Of a stretch of DNA of 64,000 bases, positions 58,620 through 64,000 are shown piece after piece. The position numbers were made by a program, and so were the translations under genes. The notes below the pieces were generated by a model. That model did not search any database and was not told the DNA's origin. It saw nothing but the letters and a program-made list of their open reading frames with translations. Numbering within the stretch: the stretch's first letter is position 1; every line of letters begins with the position of its first letter. This DNA comes from Candidatus Woesebacteria bacterium. GTDB taxonomy: Bacteria > Patescibacteriota > Microgenomatia > UBA8517. The stretch lies in the NCBI GenBank assembly GCA_016700095.1, contig CP065002.1:932145-996144 (forward strand), written 5' to 3'.

Positions 58620-60833
58620 TTATCTAGTCTTTACGACAATTAGTTTGCTTTTTTTAACAAATGCGATTATGGCAAGTGCGGGCAAAGTAAAGATTAACCA
58701 AGCAAGATTAATATTGTAAATACCTTCCGCCGTTTCAGCTTGCCCGCTTGTTATCGATTCGCTTCCTACCATTGCAATACTTTCATTGTCTGGAGTAGAC
58801 GTTATTGCCACTCCGGCAACTTGTTTGTTAAGTTTTTCGGATTTACCGGTAGTTTTATAGACTAAAGAAGCTACTGCTACACTGCCGCCTCCCTGGTCAT
58901 TTTGACTACTAACCTCATCGGTAATATCGTCATTGTCGGAAGTATTAAACCCGGTGTCAACATTTGCTCCACCAATTGCAGTATTTTGATTATATATTTC
59001 AGCCGTAGACTCTGTTTTAGAATTACCGGGAGTTACAAAATCCCCAAGCCAACTTCCAAAGACATTTACAACCGTGACAACCAATTTACCTTCGCCGACA
59101 ATATTATTGTTTACAAAATTTACAATATTGGCAATTATATTTGCATCACCCGTTAATATTCCACTAGTTCCTCCTGTGTTGGCATTAGCCGTATTTCCAC
59201 CCGTATTGGCAGTTAAATTAACGTTATTTACAATCTTGGCATCATTATCTTGAACGGTCGTACTATTGGAAGATTGATTTACATTTGCTGTGTTTGTCGA
59301 ACCACTACCGTTATCTGCGTTACTTACATTGACTTCACCGTTTTCACCAATCTGAAATTCGAATCCATCAGACCCTGCAAGGTTAGATCCATCCGGTGCT
59401 CCCATAATCTTGCCGATCCAATTTCCCGCCTCATTAATAATTACCAACCACCAATTTCCACTATCAATATTGGTATTTGCTACATTGAGAACCTGAGCAT
59501 CCACATTTGAATTACCTGTTGATAAATAATTATCACCATTTGTGTTTTGCGCTAAACTATTATCACCTGTTTGGGCATCGAAGATTAGATTGTTCTCGAT
59601 GTCTGCATTATTAAACTGGTAGGTACTATCGGTTGTCGCAGTTGTTGCATTAGCGAGATTGGTACTACCCGTACCATTTTCACTATTGGCCACACTCGTA
59701 CCCAAACCACAACAATCCAGTGAAAAACCATCCGGCATAATAATATCTCCAATCAAATTACCGAATATATTTACTACACCATAAATTATATCTCCCGCAA
59801 TATTGTTATTAGCGAAAGTCAATACGTTGGCAGCTACATTTGCATCACCCGTATCAATTAAATTATCCCCGCCGGTGTTGTACGATGTGCTGTTATTACC
59901 CGAATCAGCAAGAAGAGTTAGACTATTTTCAACCGTTGCGTCATTATTTTGAAATGTTATATCGTTGTCAAGATCAGTAAGATTGGCTTCGTTAGTTGAG
60001 TTGGCACCATTTGCTGTATTTGTCACACTAGATTGACCGTCACATCCTTGTATACAATTACTTCCAAAATCTAAAATAATGTCACCTACGTGATCATCGG
60101 CGATGTTGAATTCCGAAACAGCTACGCCATCAACATTGGTATTAACCGAGGTTATAATTGTACCAGTCGTATTTGCATTACCTGTTTGAATAAATGAATT
60201 ATCTCCTGTATTGAAACTTGACGAATTCTGCCCGGTGATCGTTTCCTGATCCACGTTGTTTGCCACAGCGGCAGAATTATTTTGATTGGTCACATTATCA
60301 TTTGCTATCGTTGCCGATCCGTTGTTGGTAGAACCACTTCCGTTGCCTGTATTTGCAACATATGCACCACCCGCAGAACCGCCACCTAACGTAGCTATGT
60401 TATTATTTCCTGTTGTGATGACTGTCGTATCATTTGTTGCATCGCCTGTCTGGATATTACTTTCACCCTCACTTTGATTCTGTGTGTTCGTTGGTGTTGG
60501 TGTAGGTGAGACGTAACTTTCGGAATTATTTGTTCCACCATTCGTTTCCTCCTGTTGATTTTGAGTATTATCATTATTCGTATCATGACCATGCGACGCT
60601 GGAGAACCCGTGGGCGACGGAGTAATACTTACCTGTGCCGGACTCGGATTACTCGGTGGCGTTGGAACCAAAGGAGAAGCGGGCGGTGTTGGTGCCGTCG
60701 GTGTACCAGGTGCTGCCGGTGCGGTTGGCGGTGTTGGTGCCTCCAAAGCATAGACACTCGCGGTATTTGTTAGTAAAAATACCGCTGTAAATAGCGTAAT
60801 TATTATTTGTCTAATCCTATATTTTGTTTTCAT
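58620..60833 (-). CDS. Secreted Asn/Thr/Gly-rich repeat protein (paralogue B) with a Pro/Thr-rich N-terminal linker and a C-terminal TM plus basic tail.
   Basis: 737 aa. A signal peptide followed by EAPTPPTAPAAPGTPTAPTPPASPLVPTPPSNPSP. Repeated modules of the form NTGGDNLIDTGDANVAANVLTFANNNIAGDIIYGVVNIFGNLIGDIIMP occur four times. Motifs DCC and CIQGCDG. C-terminus IYNINLAWLIFTLPALAIIAFVKKSKLIVVKTR. Confidence 0.6.
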   Translation of the reverse strand: MKTKYRIRQIIITLFTAVFLLTNTASVYALEAPTPPTAPAAPGTPTAPTPPASPLVPTPPSNPSPAQVSITPSPTGSPASHGHDTNNDNTQNQQEETNGGTNNSESYVSPTPTPTNTQNQSEGESNIQTGDATNDTTVITTGNNNIATLGGGSAGGAYVANTGNGSGSTNNGSATIANDNVTNQNNSAAVANNVDQETITGQNSSSFNTGDNSFIQTGNANTTGTIITSVNTNVDGVAVSEFNIADDHVGDIILDFGSNCIQGCDGQSSVTNTANGANSTNEANLTDLDNDITFQNNDATVENSLTLLADSGNNSTSYNTGGDNLIDTGDANVAANVLTFANNNIAGDIIYGVVNIFGNLIGDIIMPDGFSLDCCGLGTSVANSENGTGSTNLANATTATTDSTYQFNNADIENNLIFDAQTGDNSLAQNTNGDNYLSTGNSNVDAQVLNVANTNIDSGNWWLVIINEAGNWIGKIMGAPDGSNLAGSDGFEFQIGENGEVNVSNADNGSGSTNTANVNQSSNSTTVQDNDAKIVNNVNLTANTGGNTANANTGGTSGILTGDANIIANIVNFVNNNIVGEGKLVVTVVNVFGSWLGDFVTPGNSKTESTAEIYNQNTAIGGANVDTGFNTSDNDDITDEVSSQNDQGGGSVAVASLVYKTTGKSEKLNKQVAGVAITSTPDNESIAMVGSESITSGQAETAEGIYNINLAWLIFTLPALAIIAFVKKSKLIVVKTR

Positions 60834-60859
60834 TATTATGTTAATTTGTTATAAAAATT

Positions 60860-60909
60860 TCCTTTCGGTTGCAGGGTTATCCGCCGAAGTGCCAGCAGAT
60901 GCACCCTGC
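60860..60909 (-). terminator. GC-rich stem-loop between repeat-protein genes A and B: a candidate intrinsic terminator or attenuator.
   Basis: On the minus strand GCAGGGU(25-nt loop)ACCCUGC (60909..60871) is followed by a CCGAAAGG mini-hairpin and AAAUUUUUAUAAC. It sits 15 nt after the gene A stop and 27 nt before the gene B start. Confidence 0.4.
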
Positions 60910-60923
60910 TTCCCTTAGGTTAG

Positions 60924-62231
60924 CTATGCTCCAAGGTAAGCCATTAAATCAGCTAAGCTGAATGAAAAATTAAAGCTTAAACCTGTTGTTGGCCAATCAA
61001 ATGATTGGTCAGGAGTTGCGCCAAAGATATTTGAATTGCTGTCATTATATACAGCACTATCAACCCATGAATCACCAGTCATTACTCCAGGATCACCATA
61101 AGCATCACCTGTGTTCTGATTGGTATCATTGTGACCTGTGTCACCATCTAGGTACATATTGGTATCGCATCCTCCACCAAATTGTGGCATATGGAATTGT
61201 CCCAACATATTGAGTTTACCAGGATAAACGCGAGGCATATAGCCTCCACAAGTATTATCTTGCCAAACACCAAGATCGTTACCTAAATTAGCTTTCAATA
61301 CACTGTTGGCATCATAGCCGTTTCCAGCGATTTTTGCGTGAACATCTTGAATGCAGTCACAATCGACGTCTGCGTAATTAAAGTTAACTGAATTGTCAAC
61401 TGTTGCGTAAACATCAGAATCTCCTGTTTGGATACCCACGTTTCCACCGGTATTTTGATTTGCATCATTTTTACCAGTTTCGGAATCTACTGTAACGAAG
61501 TTATTGATTCTGGCTGAATTGTCTTGAACTAATTCGGTATTTTTACCCATGTTCAATTCAATTTTGTTCCAAGTGTCAGCACCGTTATCAACGATTCTTG
61601 CACTCAAAACTGAACCTAAACCATTACCTCCACCAACACGTGCTACGTTTGAATTACCCTCATTTAGGATACCTACGCCAACTGTTGAGCTACCTGTCAT
61701 TGTGTAAACATCTCCACCGGTATTTTGATTTGCATCATTTCTACCAGTTTTTGAATCAACATTTACTCTATTATTGACATTAGCGTTGTTGTTTTGATAA
61801 ACACCTGTTTCGCTTTTGTCATTAAGTTTTACAACGTTGTTTGAATCATATCCATTTCCGGAAACAACAACTTCTGTATCTTGATCACAATTACAATCTT
61901 CTACATCCGCAGCATTGCTGTTGAGGTTGTTTTTGACTGTTGTAACCACGGTTGAATTTCCAGTTTGAGTGTAAACGTCTCCTCCAGTATTTTGATTGGC
62001 ATTATTGCCACCTGTGTTTGATGATACTTGCACGTTATTATTAACGTTTGCATTATTATCTTGTGTAACAGTAGTAGTGCTTCCACTATTGTACTGAACA
62101 TTATTCCAGGTATCTGCTCCGTTACCCGTAATTTCTAGGGTTGTGGTGCCTGCCAATGCTGGAGTTGCAAGTTGCGCAAACATTGCTGCTGCTGCAGTTA
62201 ATGATGCGACTTTCTTTTGTAGTTTTGTCAT
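60924..62231 (-). CDS. Secreted Asn/Thr/Gly-rich repeat protein (paralogue A); the first gene of the operon with the strongest RBS, and the candidate major subunit.
   Basis: 435 aa. A signal peptide ends AQLATPALA. About four repeats of roughly 88 aa (ITGNGADTWNNV...NNANVNNNVQVSSNTGGNNANQNTGGDVYTQTGNSTV...EDCNCDQDTEVVV). Cys motifs DCNCDQD and DCDCIQD. Strong SD aaagggggtga precedes the ATG. The C-terminus is WPTTGLSFNFSFSLADLMAYLGA. Confidence 0.6.
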   Translation of the reverse strand: MTKLQKKVASLTAAAAMFAQLATPALAGTTTLEITGNGADTWNNVQYNSGSTTTVTQDNNANVNNNVQVSSNTGGNNANQNTGGDVYTQTGNSTVVTTVKNNLNSNAADVEDCNCDQDTEVVVSGNGYDSNNVVKLNDKSETGVYQNNNANVNNRVNVDSKTGRNDANQNTGGDVYTMTGSSTVGVGILNEGNSNVARVGGGNGLGSVLSARIVDNGADTWNKIELNMGKNTELVQDNSARINNFVTVDSETGKNDANQNTGGNVGIQTGDSDVYATVDNSVNFNYADVDCDCIQDVHAKIAGNGYDANSVLKANLGNDLGVWQDNTCGGYMPRVYPGKLNMLGQFHMPQFGGGCDTNMYLDGDTGHNDTNQNTGDAYGDPGVMTGDSWVDSAVYNDSNSNIFGATPDQSFDWPTTGLSFNFSFSLADLMAYLGA

Positions 62232-62329
62232 ATTTAGTTATCACCCCCTTTCTTTTATGGACCCCGCCAACGGCGAGGGCACTTCACCTTACGTCCATTT
62301 CCTGTCAAAAAGCCCTAAGGCGAAAAGCC

Positions 62330-62390
62330 TTCTCTTCAACAGAAAACGGAGGCGCCCCAATCCAAGTCTAACTTGGGTTGGAGAGCCTCC
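62330..62390 (-). terminator. Long imperfect hairpin followed by a U-rich tract: a candidate rho-independent terminator between the upstream operon and the gene A promoter.
   Basis: Minus strand GGAGGCucuCCAAcCCAAGuuagaCUUGGaUUGGggcGCCUCC, followed by GUUUUCUGUUG. Confidence 0.35.
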
Positions 62391-62627
62391 GTTTGCGGTC
62401 AACTCTCGTTTATAGTTATTTTCTTATTGAATATAGTATAAAGCTCTTATACGTATTTTTATATTACTTATAAGATATTTTTATACTAGGGCAGCCTTTT
62501 CTTAGTCGTACAATACAGCTTTGTATTTTATTACTGTACTTATATAAACACCATTTCGTGCGTTTGTCAATACTTTTATTCCATTTATTATAAGTAATAT
62601 TATAATTCCTTATAATTATCCCGTATT

Positions 62628-62807
62628 TTATAAAGACTTACCGGATATTTTACTTGTTTTTCTGATATTTCTAGTTGTGATTTGCGTCACAATATTATTT
62701 TGTATATATATCTCGACGCTACCAAAACCTCCAGCCTTTTCAAGTGCTGTTTTGATTTCTGAAAGCAAAGATTTCGACACCTTTTTTGTTGAGTAATCCA
62801 CAGTCAT
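62628..62807 (-). CDS. Small YezD/DUF2292-like protein (59 aa). It falls below the 60-aa cutoff of the ORF track.
   Basis: Hand translation gives MTVDYSTKKVSKSLLSEIKTALEKAGGFGSVEIYIQNNIVTQITTRNIRKTSKISGKSL. The G(F/Y)GSV-x-I-x-(I/V)-x-(N/D)-x-x-(V/I)-x-x-I motif resembles the YezD family. It starts 12 nt after the stop of 62819..63658. Confidence 0.45.
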   Translation of the reverse strand: MTVDYSTKKVSKSLLSEIKTALEKAGGFGSVEIYIQNNIVTQITTRNIRKTSKISGKSL

Positions 62808-62818
62808 TATTGTTGGTA

Positions 62819-63658
62819 TTAGAGATCAAGTTTTATTGACTCTTTCTCGCCATTAATTTCACCAATGCGAAGAGTTAAATCTGTATCGGTGTCGTTAATC
62901 GGAAAACCTATCCTTGTGTACTTTGTCGAAATAGGTTGAACCGAAACCGAGTCGTTGTGAATATCCGCTGCCATCTGTTCTTCTTCATTGCCATTAACAG
63001 CCAATCTCACATAGTCGATTGTGTCAATATCAATTGGTTCAGTATATACGTTGGTAATTTTAATATTTAAAACTAAAAATGTTCTACCCTTTACCGCGGT
63101 AGCTTTTTGTCCACGGACAACTATCTCATCTCTTTTTTCAACAGTGAGTATTTCATATTTAAAATCACTTACGACTTCATTGTCTGCCGTACGCAATGGA
63201 AAGGAAAATTCCTTGTTTAATTCCTGAGCTGACTTGGCTCCTTCTATTTCTATTCGACTATCAGTCGAAGTCTTATTTACCACCAAACTGCCTAATCCTC
63301 CTAAAACAATTAATGCACATATTAGTAAAGCGATTCTTTTAATACTCTTTTTACTAACTTTGGGAAATCTAAGCTTTGCTTTTTTTGTTTGATTATAATT
63401 TTCGTTGTATTCCCCTTGACTCGAAACGGGTGATATATTTTCACCTAAATTTCTATTTTTCCTAAAAGATATTCTTTTTAATGCCTTGAACGAGACGACT
63501 GAAATACTCTTTAATTGACTGAATGCTTTTGAGGTAAATGTTTTTGTATTTTGTGTTAGTGTTCTTAGCACACTTAAAGTTATATTTGACACCTTGGTCA
63601 TTTTCTCCTGGAGTTCTAAATCTTTAATTGTTGGTAAAGTTACTTCGATTGTCTTCAT
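62819..63658 (-). CDS. Membrane-anchored extracytoplasmic protein, DUF4352-like beta-sandwich domain (hypothetical).
   Basis: One TM helix (IALLICALIVLGGLGSLVV), then the domain with GRTFLVLNIKITNVYTEPIDIDTIDYVRLAVNGNEEEQ. The likely start is ATG 63658 (MKTIEVTL). The track ORF begins at a TTG at 63673. Confidence 0.6.
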   Translation of the reverse strand: MKTIEVTLPTIKDLELQEKMTKVSNITLSVLRTLTQNTKTFTSKAFSQLKSISVVSFKALKRISFRKNRNLGENISPVSSQGEYNENYNQTKKAKLRFPKVSKKSIKRIALLICALIVLGGLGSLVVNKTSTDSRIEIEGAKSAQELNKEFSFPLRTADNEVVSDFKYEILTVEKRDEIVVRGQKATAVKGRTFLVLNIKITNVYTEPIDIDTIDYVRLAVNGNEEEQMAADIHNDSVSVQPISTKYTRIGFPINDTDTDLTLRIGEINGEKESIKLDL

Positions 63659-63661
63659 GGT

Positions 63662-63690
63662 TATAAAATACAAAAAGCCCCTTTCGGGGC
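63662..63690 (-). terminator. Rho-independent terminator (minus strand).
   Basis: The minus-strand GCCCCGAAAGGGGC hairpin (63690..63677) is followed by UUUUUGUAUUUUAU. It lies downstream of the partial CDS ending at 63789 and about 19 nt upstream of the next start codon. Confidence 0.5.
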
Positions 63691-63788
63691 AGATTCAGAT
63701 TATTGATGGTATGTTAGCGAAGCAGGTACTTGTTGTCAAGCATCAAGTATGACTAATTTAATGAAATAAAGTGTTTTGTTAACTATCA

Positions 63789-64000
63789 TTTCTAACACTA
63801 ATAGTCGTAGTACTTGCTGATGCATTTTTATTAATGTCCACTTCTATTTTAGTAGTACCACTTACACCAACAAGCTTATTTGAAATATTATCATTATTAC
63901 TGGTTACGACAAATGAATTTATTGACATATTCCGGTTTTTAATCATACTTTTATACCACTCGGTTATTGTATTAGGACTATCTGTACTTTCCAGAGTTAA
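63789..64000 (-). CDS. C-terminal fragment of a Ser/Thr/Asn-rich hypothetical protein (partial at the window end).
   Basis: Hand translation of the minus strand gives ...LTLESTDSPNTITEWYKSMIKNRNMSINSFVVTSNNDNISNKLVGVSGTTKIEVDINKNASASTTTISVRNDS with a stop at 63789..63791. It is followed by a terminator. Confidence 0.4.

Noticed and set aside
58589-58621. Tandem duplication of about 17 bp (ttggcagaagaaattt x2) in the gene B to gene C spacer.
   Set aside because: It is very short and could be a simple slippage duplication. It has no clear functional implication, though it sits in the RBS region of gene C.
60395-60773. Arg/Cys-rich ORFs (60395-60592 minus, 60555-60773 plus) inside repeat-protein gene B.
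   Set aside because: They are alternative-frame artefacts of the locally GC-rich Pro/Thr-linker coding segment (CCN/ACN codons). The in-frame gene B reading is far better supported.
57461-62231. Canonical LPXTG sorting signals in the putative sortase substrates.
   Set aside because: None is present. Only hydrophobic-plus-basic tails and a WPTTG are seen, so the sortase-substrate relationship is inferred from synteny rather than motif.
1-64000. Mobile elements, integrases or transposases, toxin-antitoxin or defence systems, tRNA or rRNA genes.
   Set aside because: No transposase or integrase motifs, inverted-repeat-flanked cassettes, or tRNA-like T-arm signatures (GTTCGA/GTTCAA contexts) were seen on inspection. 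A proper tRNAscan or Rfam search was not possible here.

Overview
This is a 64 kb AT-rich bacterial segment. TrmD, PgeF, RmlABCD and a GspE/PilB-family ATPase mark it as bacterial. The compact overlapping genes and the content resemble CPR/Microgenomates-like genomes, but lineage cannot be proven from sequence alone. The window is dominated by one large cell-envelope glycan assembly locus.

- **Membrane glycosyltransferases:** at least 11 paralogous GT-C-type (ArnT/PMT/COG1807-like) enzymes fall into two motif subfamilies and mostly sit in tandem on the minus strand.
- **GT2 enzymes:** 11 GT2 glycosyltransferases include four Dpm1/ArnC-like polyprenyl-phosphate sugar synthases (two immediately upstream of a GT-C gene, one fused to a GtrA domain) and two processive Q-x-x-R-W-type synthases. 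One of those two is paired with a polysaccharide deacetylase (NodBC/IcaAB-like) and the other with a GT-C gene.
- **Other glycan genes:** a GT4 enzyme, a Wzx-type flippase and a dTDP-rhamnose operon (rmlA-rmlB-rmlC-rmlD). The rmlA-rmlB spacer holds 3.1 tandem copies of a 90 bp unit that re-duplicates the rmlB start region, and rmlC is broken by a 1-nt indel in a homopolymer.
- **Other genes:** a MacAB-like efflux module (HlyD adaptor, ABC ATPase, FtsX permease), PilB/GspE ATPase, PgeF, TrmD, GTP cyclohydrolase II, NrnA-like DHH phosphoesterase, a CAP-domain protein and several hypotheticals.
- **Most unusual element:** a minus-strand operon at 56.7-62.2 kb has three paralogous secreted Asn/Thr/Gly-rich tandem-repeat proteins (beta-solenoid or curlin-like periodicity, Cys-pair motifs, hydrophobic C-terminal tails) followed by a sortase. 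This is a candidate novel sortase-associated surface-fibre or S-layer system, possibly O-glycosylated by the neighbouring PMT-like enzymes.

No rRNA, tRNA, CRISPR array or mobile element was recognised.
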